A DNA stretch of 64,000 nucleotides from the human T2T-CHM13v2.0 reference genome, Homo sapiens, in assembly GCF_009914755.1 (NCBI RefSeq), contig NC_060930.1; one strand, 5' to 3'. A program made the translations under genes and the position numbers. A model generated the notes under the pieces. The model did not search any database, had not been told where the DNA came from, and saw only the letters and a program-made list of their open reading frames with translations. Positions 1 through 13,446 of the stretch are shown here, in pieces (positions within the stretch are counted from its first letter, which is position 1; every line of letters starts with the position of its first letter).

Positions 1-572
1 TTGCCATTGATAGCCATCTGTGACCCTGGGAAGGAGGGCAATGCTGATGGCAGAGGGAGGCTTGGAAAGGACATGGGTCTTCGTTCACATTGAACTGCTA
101 ATGATATTGTGCCTGGAGCCCTCCCTACTTCCTGTCTCCCAGTTAAAAGAGTTTACAAATTTACTTCTTGTTTAATCTACTTTGAATTTGGGTTTCTGTA
201 ACTGTTTAGATAGGCGCTTCTCCTTTAAAGAAAGGCATGAGAATATACTCAAAATATTCTGCTTTCTCATGGCTTGTTTCATTCCTATTGCTTTACACTG
301 GAAGATCTTTGAATATATATTTGATTTTGAAACCATCTTGGAAAAGTCTACCTAGTTATCTAATGAGACAGATAATTTGATACATGCATTGTTTAAAAAA
401 ACAATAACTTTGTTACAAAGTTTAATTCAAACTTAAGATGAGTAAAAACCCTCTTATCCTACCAGACCAAAAAAAAAAAAAACTTTCATAACCAAGTTTG
501 GACATTATTCCTAGCCTCTAGTTCTGAAATAGAGTTTGACCTATTTTGTAGTCCATTTAAAACTCTGGTCTG

Positions 573-3500
573 ATTGCTGGCAAGATGGCCAAATAGGAAC
601 AGCTCTGGTCTGCAGCTCCCAGTGAGATCAACGCAGAAGGCGGGTGATTTCTGCATTTCCAACTGAGGTACCCAGTTCATATCAGTGGGACTGGTTGGAC
701 AGTGGGTGCAGCCCATGGAGGGCCAGCTGAAACAGGGTGGGGTGTCACCTCACCCAGGAAGCACAAGGGGTCAGGGAACTACCTCCTCTACCCAAGGGAA
801 GCCATGAGGGACTGTACCTGAGGAACGGTGCACTCCGGCCCAGATACTGCACTTTTCCCATGGTCTTTGAAACCCGCAGACCAGGAGATTCCCTCCGGTG
901 CCTACGCCACTGGGGCCCTGGGTGTCAAGCACAAAACTGGGCAGCCATTTGGGCAGACACTGAACTAGCTGCAGGAGTTTTATTTTCCATACCCCAGTGG
1001 TGCCTGGAATGCCAGCAAGGCAGAACCATTCACTCCCCTGGAAGGGGGGCTGAAGCCAGGGAGCCAAGTGGTCTAGCTTGGCGGGTCCCACCCCCACGGA
1101 GCCCAGCAAGCTAAGATTCACTGGCTTGAAATCCTCATTGCAAGCACAGCAGTCTGAGGTCGACCTGGGACACTCGAGCTTGGAGGGAGGAGGGCCGTCT
1201 GCCATTGCTGAAGCTTGAGTAGGCATTTTACCCTCACAGTCTAAACAAAGCTGCCTGGGAGTTCGAATTGGGTAGAGCCCACCACCTCAGCTCAGCAAGG
1301 CCACTCTGGCCAGACTGCCTCTCTAGATTCCTCCTCTCTGGGCAGGGCAACTCTAAAAAAAAGGCAGTCAGGGACTAATAGATAAAACCCCATCTCCCTG
1401 GGACAGAGCACCTGTGGGAAGGGGTGGATATGGGAGCAGCTTCAGCAGACTTAAATATCTCTGCCGGACAGCTCTGAAGAGAGTAGTGGATTTCCCAGCA
1501 CAGTGCTCGAGCTCTGGTAAGAGTCAGACTGCCTCCTCAAGTGGGTCCCTGACCCTCGTTTATCCTGATTGGGAGATATCTCCCAGTAGGGGCCAACAGA
1601 CACCTCATACAGGAGAGCTCTGGCTGGCATCCAGTGGGTGCCCCTCTGGGACGAAGCTTCCAGAGGAAAGAACAGGCAGCAATCTTTGCTGTTCTGCAGC
1701 CTCCACTCGTGACACCAAGGCAAACAGCATCTGGAGTGGACCTCCAGCAAACTCCAGCAGACCTGCAGCAGAGGGCACTAACTCTTAGAAGGAAAACTAA
1801 CAAACAGAAAGGAATAGTATGTCCACTCAGAGACCCCATCCGAACATCAGCAGGATCAAAGACCAAAAGTAGATAAATCCAGGAAGATGAGGAGAAACCA
1901 GCGCAAAACAGCTGAAAATTCAAAAAAACAGAATGCCTCTTCTCCTCCAAAGGATCACAACTCCTTGCCAGCAAGGGAATAAAACTGGATGGAGAATGAG
2001 TTTGACGGATGGATAGAAGTAGGCCTCAGAAGGTGGGTAATAACAAACTCCTCCAAGCTAAAGGAGCATGTTCTAACCCAATGCAAGGAAGTTAAGAACA
2101 CTGTAAAAAGATTAGAGGAATTGCTAACTAGAATAACAAGTATAGAGAAGCACATAAATGACCTGATGGAGCTGAAAAATACAGCATGAGAACTTCATGA
2201 AGCATACACAATTATCAATAGCCAAGTCGATAAAGCACAAGAAAGGATATCAAAGATTGAAGATCAACTTAATGAAATAAAGGAGAAGACAAGATTAGAG
2301 AAAAAAGAGTGAAAAGGAACTAACAAAGCCTCCAAGAAATATGGGATTATGTGAAAACACCAAGTCTACGTTTGATTGGTGTACCTGAAAGTGACGGGGA
2401 GAATGGAACCAAGTTGGAAAACACTCCTCAGGATATTATCCAGGAGAACATCCCCAACCTAGCAAGACAGGTCAACATTCAAATTAAGGAAATACAGAGA
2501 ACGCCACAAAGATACTCCTCGAGCAGAGCAACCCCAAGACATATAATCGTCATATTCACCAAGGTTGAAATGAAGGAAAAAATGTTAAGGGCAGCCAGAG
2601 AGAAAGGTCAGGTTAGCCACAAAGGGAAGCCCATCAGACTAACAGAGGATCTCTCTGCAGACACCTTACAAGCCAGAATAGAGTAGGGGCCAATATTCAA
2701 CATTCTTAAAGAAAAGAATTTTCAACCCAGAATTTCATATCCAACCAAACTCAGTTTCATAAGCGAAGGAGAAATAAAATCCTTTACAGACAAGCAAATG
2801 CTGAGAGATTTTGTTACCACCAGGCCTGCCCTAAAAGAGCTCCTGAAGGAAGCACTAAACATAGAGAGGAACAATCAATACCAGCCACTGCAAAAACATA
2901 CCAAATTGTAAAGATCATCGAGGATACGAAGAACCTGCATCAACTTTCGGGCAAAATAACCAGCTAGCATCATATGACAGAATCAAATTCACACATAACA
3001 ATACTAACCTTAAATGTAAACAGGCTGAATGCCCCAAGTAAAAGACAGAATGGCAAATTGGATAAAGACTCAAGACCCATCAGTGTGCTGTATTCAGGAG
3101 ACCCATCTCACATGCAAAGAGACACACAGGCTCAAGATAAAGGGATGGAGGAATATTTACGAAGCAAACGGAAAGCAGAAAAAAAAAGCAGGGGTTGCAA
3201 TCCTAGTCTCTGATAAAACAGACTTTAAATCAACAAAGATCAAAAGAGACAAAGAAGGGCATTACATAATGGTAAACAGATCAATGCAACAAGAATAGCT
3301 AACTATCCTAAATATATATACACCCAATACAGAAGCACCCAGATTCATAAAGCAAGTTCTTAGAGAACTACAAAGAGACTTAGACTCCCACACAATAATA
3401 GTGGGAAATTTTAACAGCCCGCTGTCAATATTAGACAGATAAATGAGACAGAAAATTAACAAAGATATTCAGAACTTGAACTCAGCTCTGGACCAAGTGG

Positions 3501-6500
3501 ACCTAACAGACATCTACAGAATTCTCTACCCCAAATCAACAGAATATACATTCTTCTCAGCACCTCATCGCACTTATTCTAAAAGTGATCACATAATTGG
3601 AAGTAAAACACTCCTCAGCAAATGCAAAAGAACGGAAGTCATAACAAACAGTCTCTAAGACCACAGTGCAATCAAATTAGAACTCAGGATTAAAACTGAC
3701 AGAAAACCTAACAACTACTTGGAAACTGAACAACCTGCTCCTGAATGACTACTGGGTAAATAATAAAATTAAGGCAGAAATAAAGTTGTTCATTGAAACC
3801 AATGAGAACAAAAACACAACATACCAGAATCTCTGGGACACATTTAAAGCAGTGTGTAGAGGGAAATTTATAGCACCAACTGCCCACAAGAGGAATCAGG
3901 AAAGAACTAAAATCTATACCCTAATATCACAATTAAAAGTACTAGAGAAGCAAGAGCAAACAAATTCAAAAGCTAGCAGAAGACAAGAAATAACTAAGAT
4001 CAGAACAGAACTGAAGGTGATAGAGACATGAAAAACCTTTCAAAAAATCAATGAATCCAGGATCTGATTTTTTGAAAAGATCAACAAAATAGAATGCTAG
4101 CCAGACTAATAAAGAAGAAAAGAGAGCAGAATCAAATAGACACAATAAAAAATGATAAAGCGGAGATCACCACTGATCCCACAGAAATACAAAATACCAT
4201 CAGAGATTACTATAAATACCTCTAAGCAAATAAACTAGAAAATCTAGAAGAAATGGGTAAATTCCTGCAAACATACACCCTCCCAAGTCTAAACCAGGAA
4301 GAAGATGAATCCCTAAATAGACCAATAACAAGTTCTGAAATTGAGGCAGTAATTAATAGCCTACCAACCAAAAAAAGTCCAGGACCAGATAGATTCACAG
4401 CCGAATTCTACCAGAGGTACAAAGAGGTACAAAGCTAGTACTATTCTTTCTGAAACTATTCCAAACAATAGGAAAAGAGGGACTCCTCCCTAACTCATTT
4501 TATGAGGCCAGCATCATCCTGAAACCAAAACCTGGCAGAGACACAACAAAAAAAAAAAAAGAGAGAAAATTTCAGGCCAGTATCCCTGACGAACATCCAT
4601 GCAAAAATCCTCAATAAAATACTGGCAAACTGAGTGCAGCAGCACATCAAAAAGCTTATCCACCACGATCAAGTTGGCTTCATCCCTGAGACACAAGGCT
4701 GGTTCAACATACGCAAATCAATAAACACAATCCATCACATAAACAGAACCAATGACAAAAACCACATGATGATCTCAATAGATGCAGAAAATTTGATAAA
4801 ATTCAACACCCCTTCATACTAAAAACTCTCAATAAACTAGGTATTGATGGAACGTAGCTCAAAAAAAATGACAGATTTAAGACAAAACCACAGCCAATAT
4901 CATACTGAATGGGTAAACCTGGAAGCATTCCCTTTGAAAGCTGGCACAAGACAAGGATGCCCCCTCTCACCACTCCTGTTCAAAATAGTATTGAAAGTTC
5001 TGGCCAGGGCAATCAGGCAAGAGAAAGAAATAAAGGGTATTCAAATAGGAAAACAGGAAGTAAAATTGTCTCTGTTTGCAGATGATATGAATTGTATATA
5101 TAGGGAACCCCACCATCTCAGCCCAAAATCTCCTTAAGCTGATAAGCAACTTCAGCAAAGTCTCAGGATACAAAATCAATGTGCAAAAATCACACACATT
5201 CCTATACACCAATAACAAACAGAGAGCCAAATCATGAGTGAACTCCCATTCACAATTGCTACAAAGAGAATGAAATATCTAGGATTACAACTTACAAGGG
5301 ATGCAAAGGACCTCTTCAAGGAGAACTACAAACCACTGCTCAAGGAAATAAGAGAGGACACAAATAAATGGAAAAACATTCCATGCTCATGGATAGGAAG
5401 AATCAATATCGTGAAAATGGCCATATTGCCCAAGGCAATTTATATATTCAGTGCTATCCCCATCAAACTACCATTGACTTTCTTCACAGAATTGGAAAAA
5501 ACTATTTTAAACTTCATATGGAATCAAAAAAGAGCCCGCATAGCCAAGACAATTCTAAGCAAAAAGAACAAAGTTATAGGCATCATGCTACCTGACTTCA
5601 AACTATACTACAAGGCTACAGTAAACAAAACAGCATGGTAGTGGTACCAAAACAGATATCTAGACCAACAGAACAGAACAGAGGCCTCAGAAATAACACC
5701 ACACATCTACAACCATCTGATCTTTGACAAACCTTACAAAAACAACCAATGGGGAAAGGATTCCCTATTTAATAAATGGTGTTGGGAAAACTAGCTAGCC
5801 ATATGCAGAAAACTGAAACTGGACCCCTTCCTTACACCTATACAAAAATTAACTCAAGATGGATTAAAGACTTAAATGTAAGACCTAAAACCATAAAAAC
5901 CCTAGAAGAAAACCTAGGCAACACCATTCAGGACATAGGCATTGGAAAAGACATCATGACTAAAACACAAAAACCAATGGCAACAAAAGCCCAAATTGAG
6001 AAATGGGATCTAATTAAACTAAAGAGCTTCTAGACAGCAAAAGAAACTATCATCAGAGTGAACAGGCAACCTACAGAATGGGAGAAAATTTTTGCAAGCT
6101 ATCCATCTGACAAAGGGCTAATACCAAGAATCTACAAGGAACATAAACAAATTTAAAAGAAAAAAACAAACAACCCCATCAAAAAGTGGGCGAAGGATTT
6201 GAACAGACACATTTCAAAAGAAGATATTTATGCAGCCAACAGACATATGAAAAAAAGCTCATCATCTGATCATTAGAGAAATCCAAATCAAAACCACAAT
6301 GAGATACCATCTCACACCAGTTAGAATGGTGATCATTAAAAAGTCAGGAAACAACAGGATGCTGTTTTGGATGCCAAAGAGGATGTGGAGAAATAGGAAC
6401 ACATTTACACTTTTACTCTGTTGGTGGGAGTATAAATTAGTTCAACCATTGTGGAGGACAGTGTAGCAATTCCTCAAGGATCTAGAACTAGAAATACCAT

Positions 6501-7040
6501 TTGACTCAGCGATCCCATTACTGGGTATGTACCTAAAGGCTTATAAATCATTCTGCTATAAAGACACATGCATGTTTATTGTGGCACTATTCACAATAGC
6601 AAAGACTTGGAACCAACCCAAATGCCCATCAACGATAGACTGGATAAAGAAAATGTGGCACATAGACACTATGGAATACTATGCAGCCATAAAAAAGGAT
6701 GAGTTCATGTCCTTCACAGGGACATGGATAAAGCTGGAAACCATCATTCTCAACAAACTAACACAAGAACAAAAAACCAAACACAGCATGTTCTCACTCA
6801 TAAGTGGGAGCTGAACAATGAGAACATATGGACACGAGGGGAACATCACATACTGGGGCCTGTCAGGGGATGGAGGGCTAGGGGAGGAACAGCACTAGGA
6901 GAAATGCCTAATGTAGACGACGGGTTGATGGGTGCAGCAAACCACCATGGCACTTGTACACCTATGTAACAAAACTGCACATTCTGCACATGCACCCCAG
7001 AACTTAAACTATAATAAAAAGTAAAAAATAAAAAATAAAT
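573..7040 (+). mobile_element. Full-length decayed LINE-1, L1PA7-like (L1PA6-8 range)
   Basis: 5'UTR starts GCTGGCAAGATGGCC...GAGATCAACGCAGAAGGCGGG. ORF1 remnant ~1887-2910 and ORF2 remnant ~2974-6814 are broken by many stops/frameshifts. 3'UTR ...GTAGACGACGGGTTGATGGGTGCAGCAAACCACCATGG, A-tail. TSD AAAACTCTG(G/A)TCTG at 559-572 and 7041-7054; TT/AAAA endonuclease site. Confidence 0.95.
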
Positions 7041-7054
7041 AAAACTCTGATCTG

Positions 7055-7936
7055 TAGGCCAAAGGGTACTTCTTTTTCTTTATTAATTACTCAGAAGTCT
7101 AGGCCACAGCAATCCTACTGTTCTCCTCTCATTTTCCTAAACTATTTTGATACCTATTTCTCAGACTTTATGGGCTATTAGACATTTCTCACATTTCCAT
7201 AGATAATAACTCATCCGTTTTGCAACCTGATTCTCAATATTAAGAGATTAAAACTAATGTATATGACTCTCAGTTGACACATACTGAAGTACAGAAAAAT
7301 TCCATCATTTCCTTCTGCAAAATGAAAAAGACTTCATTTTCTCAACAGCTGCATCATTTTTTTATGCATAGAAAAAAATGTGCAATTACTCCAAGTACAA
7401 TCAAGTCATTTAACATGGCTTTACCATCATTGTAGTTACAGGATATTTTAAAAGAGAAAAAAAAATCTCAAAGCACAGGTCCTGCTGTGCAGCAAAGCAA
7501 TCAAATTCCTTCATAATAACAGCCTGATGGGATTCAGCAACCTGAGGAATAATGAATAACCACTCTAATCAGTAAACAGGAAAATGCTACAACAGTCACT
7601 GAGTAAAAATTGGACTATCATCTGTTGATTCTCTTGATCGACATTTCAAACAATAAATGGAAATGTAAGTATCTCTTAAAAAGAAAAATAACTTGGTTTA
7701 GTGTGCTTAATTTTACCAGGCAGTGAGGAAATTATATATCACCTTGACTGTCCTGCAGTGTTGCCCAGTCAATAAAATGCACAAATAATCTTTTTCATAA
7801 TACATGGCCAACTTTATCCTATCACTTGAATATGTCAGGATAAACTGATTGTGCAGTTGGTTGATAACATTGTATTTTGGAATGGATTATTTGAATTTGT
7901 TTTGCTACTTTATTATTTGATATTCTTCTCCAGTGT
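7055..7936 (-). other. FRK: FRK proximal 3' UTR (predicted, ~0.88 kb to the AATAAA at 7079-7084)
   Basis: Unique AU-rich sequence between the FRK stop codon (7937-7939) and the minus-strand AATAAA at 7079-7084. Longer read-through isoforms cannot be excluded. Confidence 0.7.
7079..7084 (-). terminator. FRK: Candidate FRK polyadenylation signal AATAAA
   Basis: TTTATT on + strand; a CA dinucleotide lies ~25 nt downstream, followed by a U-rich tract (antisense L1 tail). Confidence 0.65.
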
Positions 7937-8148
7937 TCATCTTATGAAGTTATTTGCATCTGAATATGAAGAGTCTGTTTCAAAATAGTCTTCAAGTTTC
8001 CAACGCAGTGTCTCAAATGTAGGTCGTTCCTTAGGCTCTGCATTCCAGCACTCCAACATGATGTTGTAAAATTGCTGTGGACAGTTGGATGGTTGCGGAA
8101 GTCTATAGTTTTGAGCCAACATCTGGATTACCTGGGCACCTGTCATAC
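7937..8148 (-). CDS. FRK: FRK last coding exon (exon 8): kinase C-lobe end and regulatory tail, GMTGAQVIQ...[12 protein letters not shown]
   Basis: Acceptor ttttcaag| at 8149-8150; 212 nt, phase 1. The C-terminus matches human FRK as I recall it, including the inhibitory Tyr in SSYSD. Confidence 0.97.
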
Positions 8149-8537
8149 CTTGAAAATACAGAACGAAACCAACAACAACAAAAAAAACAAGTTAAAGGTC
8201 AGAGTCTTAAACTTATAGCCATTTATACTCTAGGTTACTAAGTAAGTCAATTTCTTTGGCAAAGATTTAAGGTCTGCCATCCCCTTCTCAGGTTACACAG
8301 ATTAAACTAAATCCTGCAGCAAGTGATGTCTATAAGACTGCAATTCACTAGCAAAGGAGAGGGAAGCAATAAACCACCTCATTAATGCAAATTATCATCA
8401 TCAAATTTTATCTATCAAGCTCCCGCAGGTATGGTATGGTCAGCCTCATAACTCTGCCCTCTAAGTCTGGGCAAAGCAGTTAAAATCACACCTAAGTAAG
8501 TGACATGCAGCAGAAAGGTCCACTTCAGAATTAATTA

Positions 8538-8711
<174 letters not shown>

Positions 8712-9748
8712 TTAATGTATTAAGGAATCAGGCCGAGTTAAAGCAATTTTTTTTTTTTTGCTAACCTCATTCATCTATAATCTGCTTCACTTCAAAATTT
8801 AGAGAGAAAAGATTCAAAATGAGCTTAGTTCAACTGACAATTACAGTAGCAAATTCTGAATCTTGCATACAAGACTGAAAAATATGTGGGAAGTCATTAA
8901 TAAAATATTATTTAAGAGCCTACTATGTGCCAAGAATAGCACTGAAAGAAACATTCTACTACATTTGGAGAATTAATACATGATGATTCTGGCTTCACAT
9001 CTGGTCTTGAGCAAAAAAAAAAAAAAAAAAAGGAAGCAAAGTCTATTGTTTGATTTACTGATGATATTGAAAAGCCACTGACTTTGATAATTACCATGTA
9101 ACCACTTGCTAATAATGAAAAGTAGGATCCAAGTGTTTTAAATTAATATATAAACTCACTGGGGTACTAATTAATTTACAAAAAGAAAAAAATGATGAAT
9201 TCATGAAGATTAAAAGGGAATCATTTATTTGTTGTTTTATGCCCTATGTCCATATTTTTAGGGTACAATGTGGAAATGTAAAATTAATTTAAGAGAAAAA
9301 CACCTAATATTATATCTCCTATATAGTATCTTTCAGACTGAGGTAAAAATGGGGAAATCAAAAAGCCAATGATTGCTGAAGAATTCTGGCAGCATGCAAA
9401 TTAATCTGGCATACAGTGAGTAATAGTGGTTTAGGTTAACACTGCACAAAGTGTACTGCTTTTGTAAAGGAAATAGAGGCAAACAGAGGTGACTGGTACT
9501 AACTGAAAAATAGATCATTAATTCAACTATAAACTTAAGTACATACTTTCCAATCTGGTTGGTCATTGTTTTCTTTATTTTGTTTCTCCTTGATTAAGAA
9601 ATAGGAAGGTGCAGGTAGTTTGTAAGGCTTTGGACTACTGAAGTAGTTTATGGACTACAGAACTTGGAGAAACATTGTTTTAAAGAATAACAGTATATCT
9701 ATTGGTCTACTAACTGTTAGACTTTTGACCTATTACAAAAACTAATTA

Positions 9749-10033
<285 letters not shown>

Positions 10034-10244
10034 CTATCAGTGAGATTAAGTACAATGGCACTGATCTGTTGAGCAAAATATATATATTTATCATTAATAC
10101 AACTTAATTTGCTGTGAAAGGTTAATAAGGCAAGGCCCTCTCTTCCTTGAATGAGTATTACAAGTAACAAGTCATCACATGATCCAAACGTGGCTGCAAT
10201 TATCTGAGAGTCTGGCTATTTTGCCTTTTTTCTTTTTTAAAAAA

Positions 10245-11025
10245 TTTATTTATCTTTTATTTTAAGTTCAGGGGTACATTTCCAGGTTTGTTATATAGGT
10301 AAACTTGTGTCATGGGGGGGTTATTGCACAGATTATTTCATCACCTAGGTATTAAGCCTAGTACCCATTAGTTATTTTTCCTGATCCTTTCCTTCCTCCC
10401 TACCTTCACCCTCTCATAGGACCCAGTATATGTTGTTCCCCTCTATGTGGGTGAACATAGCTCCCACTTATAAGTGAGAACATGTGGTATTTGCTTTTCT
10501 GTTCCTGCATTAGTTTGCTAAGGATAATGGCCTCCAGCTCCATCCATGTTGCTGCAAAGGACATGATTTCATTTTTTATGGCTGCATAGTATTCCATGGT
10601 GTATACATACCACATTTTCTTTATCCATTCTACCATTGATGGGCATTTAGGTTAATTCCATGTCTTTGCTATTGTGAATGGTGCTGCAAGAAACATACAT
10701 GTGCATGTGTCTTTATAATAAAATAATTTATATTCCTTTGGTTATATATCCAGTAATGGGATTGCTGGTCAAATGGTAGGTCTGTTTTGAGATATTTGAG
10801 GAATGGCTGCACTGTCTTCCACAATGGTTGAACTAATGTACACTCCTACGAACAGTGTACAAGTGTTCCTTTCTCTCCACAACCTTGCCAGCATCTGTTA
10901 TTTTTTTACTTTTTAATAATGGCCATTCTGGCTGGTGAGAGATGGTATCTCGTTGTGGTTTTGATTTGCATTTGTCTACTGATAAGTGCTGTTGAGCTTT
11001 TTGTTCACATGATTTCAATACCACA
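10245..11025 (-). mobile_element. 5'-truncated L1, L1PA13-like 3' end (sense to FRK)
   Basis: ORF2 C-terminal remnant ([18 protein letters not shown]) and an L1PA13-type 3'UTR. Boundaries approximate. Confidence 0.85.
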
Positions 11026-11729
11026 TGTCACTGACTAATTTCTTCATGGAAATTATTACTCAACTGCTACTGAATTTCTTTCAAGCACTGCATAATTTGT
11101 TTTAGTCATTGAGCCTATAAAACAATACTAACTTTTATGGCTGAGCCAATGAAAAATTCTCATTCTTCCATCATGTTGTTTTTAAAAACTAGCCCACTAA
11201 CACAAATGAAAGGTCTATCCATAGTTATAAAGTATGAATATTACATTTGTACCACCAAGCTTGATACATTATTTTATTTCTCTGCCTTAGTCTGTTATTC
11301 TTAGAATAGGTTGCTCATCTCTCCAGACATGCACATACCTTCAATAGGCAAAGTTTCTCCCACTACTAATTCTTTATAACTAAGTATAAAAAATTTATAT
11401 AGTACAATCAGTTTGATTGTTGTTAGTAGAGGGGGGTCAGCATTATTTTGTGGTGACTGACTCATTTGTATTTGTATTTGACTTACCTATTTTATATTTG
11501 TACACAAAATAATACTGACTCCTTCCACTTTGAAATGGGGTGAGTCATCCCTGGATAGGATTTAGCTGCCATACTGTTGACAGATGTTTTTAGATGTCTG
11601 GAGAATTAAAAGAATCTCACATCAACTCAAACTAATATTACTCTTATATATCCCCGTCTCAATAAGCTGAATACTACATAAAGTCCATTAGACTCATGGT
11701 CAAAAGCTTAGACACAAGCCCTGACTTGA

Positions 11730-12005
11730 GAGGCAGCTATATACATTACAGGGGCCAGGAAACCTGGTTTGAAGCTAGAGGGCCAGACTTTAAATCAAGG
11801 ATATGCCTGATATTTCTTTGTGACCTTGGGCAAGCAGCTTAACATTCCTATGCCTCAGTTTCCTCATCTGTACAATGATAATAGTAACTACTTTATGGTA
11901 TTCGTTGTTAAAATGAGAATTAAAATGAATTAATTCATGTAAAGCACTTAAAGCAGTGCCTGGCACCTAGAAAGAACTCAATAAATCCTATCTATTATTA
12001 TCATT
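11730..12005 (+). mobile_element. MIR SINE
   Basis: Core GTGACCTTGGGCAAG...CCTCAGTTTCCTCATCTGTA...AAAGCACTTA...GTGCCTGGCAC...CTCAATAAAT. Approximate. Confidence 0.8.
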
Positions 12006-12314
12006 GCTCCTATCTAATCAAGATAAAACATGGAACTTGCTAAGCTAGAGATACACATGAATTACCTATGTGGAAATGACTGAAGGAAGACAAGCTATGG
12101 GTCTGGAACTCAGGGGAGAATATGCAGCAAGAGATATAGATTTAACGATCATAAGTTACAAGTGGGAGTTAAAACAGTAAAAGTGGGTGAGATTGCTAGG
12201 AAATGACAGAGAAACACCAATATTGAGGGTGGGCAGAGGAAGATAAACCTACAAGAAAACCGTGAAGAATCAGCCAGAAGAATATGAGAAGAAAACCACT
12301 GGAGAAACTTGTAA
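11997..12314. repeat. Inverted repeat arm A (donor; spans a MIR end and L2-like sequence)
   Basis: Reverse complement of 13997-14312, with 5 substitutions and one 2-bp indel. Confidence 0.97.
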
Positions 12315-12838
12315 CAAGTCAAAGGTTTTGAGAAACAGAAAATGCCATCATAGTCAAATTCTACAAGTAAGTCCATGAAGAAAAGGACTAAGACATTTGT
12401 CGAATATAATAAGGGAGTCCCTGGTGATTTTGGGGATAGGAAGAGCAGTTTGACTGGAGATCAGGTATAAGGATTTGAGGGCTAAATATGAGTGGAGGGC
12501 ATGGGGACAGAAGGAGGAGGTGGCAAATTCCAAAATCCTAATCAAGAAGGAAGACAAGAAGGTTCTGGTAGAGGTAAACATAAAGTAATGGGAAAGCAGT
12601 TATCATAAAATTTGGGATAGTGTGGGGTTGTAATTGACAAAGTATTCAGGGGGTTTCTAGGGTGCTGGCCACATTCTAATGCTTGATCTGGGCAGTGACT
12701 GAATGGTTGCTTATTTGTTTGCTTTATAATTACATGTTAAACAATATTGTATAATTATGTGTTTTCTATATATATGATATTTTTAATAAAAAATGAAATA
12801 AATAGAGTCAAAAGAATTTTTTAAGGGAAAGACTTAAA

Positions 12839-12840
<2 letters not shown>

Positions 12841-12874
<34 letters not shown>
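12841..12874. repeat. (GT)17 microsatellite
   Basis: Directly visible perfect dinucleotide run. Confidence 0.98.
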
Positions 12875-12876
<2 letters not shown>

Positions 12877-12922
12877 ACATATATATTTACTTTTTTAAGG
12901 CAAGTAGCATATCTCAATAAGA

Positions 12923-13293
12923 TGTGAGGTGAAATTAACTCCTTGCCAATCCTTTTGTCCTTTCTTTTTTCCCTGAGCACGCACAGAAGATTACATTTTC
13001 CATCTTCCCTTAGAGTTGAGCCCTGTCACTAGTTCTGGGCAATGCAATGTGTGCAAAAACGATGAACATCACTTACAAGCCTGGCTCTTAAAATCTCCCA
13101 CATCTTTATGGCTAGAGGGATGCATTTCAAAATGGTAGAGCCACATGAGTCTAAATCCCTGTATTACCCTTTAGAGAAAGCCACCTAGCAGAGCAGTCTG
13201 GCCCATATCAAAAAAAAAGTCTATTGTTTTGTATTAAGTCATAGAGAGTTTTGAATTCTATATTATAGCAGCTGACATTATTCAGTCTAAAAC
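12923..13293 (+). mobile_element. Old MaLR LTR (MLT1I/J-like)
   Basis: Degenerate MLT1 3' motif TGTATTAAGTCATAGAGAGTTTTG...TTATAGCAGC. Approximate. Confidence 0.5.
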
Positions 13294-13446
13294 AAGATGT
13301 AAGCATGAAAATAAATAGTATGCAGCATAATGGCAAAACATTGCTGCTATGATAGCCAAAATAGCTAGGCCTTTTGATATCAAATTCACTCAATAAGAAA
13401 GGAAATGTATGGAAATTAAGACAAGGTGGTTACTAACCGTGAGCTA

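Noticed and set aside
737-6969. Many ORF-track entries in the first L1 and other L1 fragments
   Set aside because: Broken ORF1/ORF2 pieces or shadow frames, not independent genes.
7909-7914. AATAAA ~25 nt after the FRK stop codon
   Set aside because: Possible proximal signal, but it is followed by A-rich sequence and I have no support for its use.
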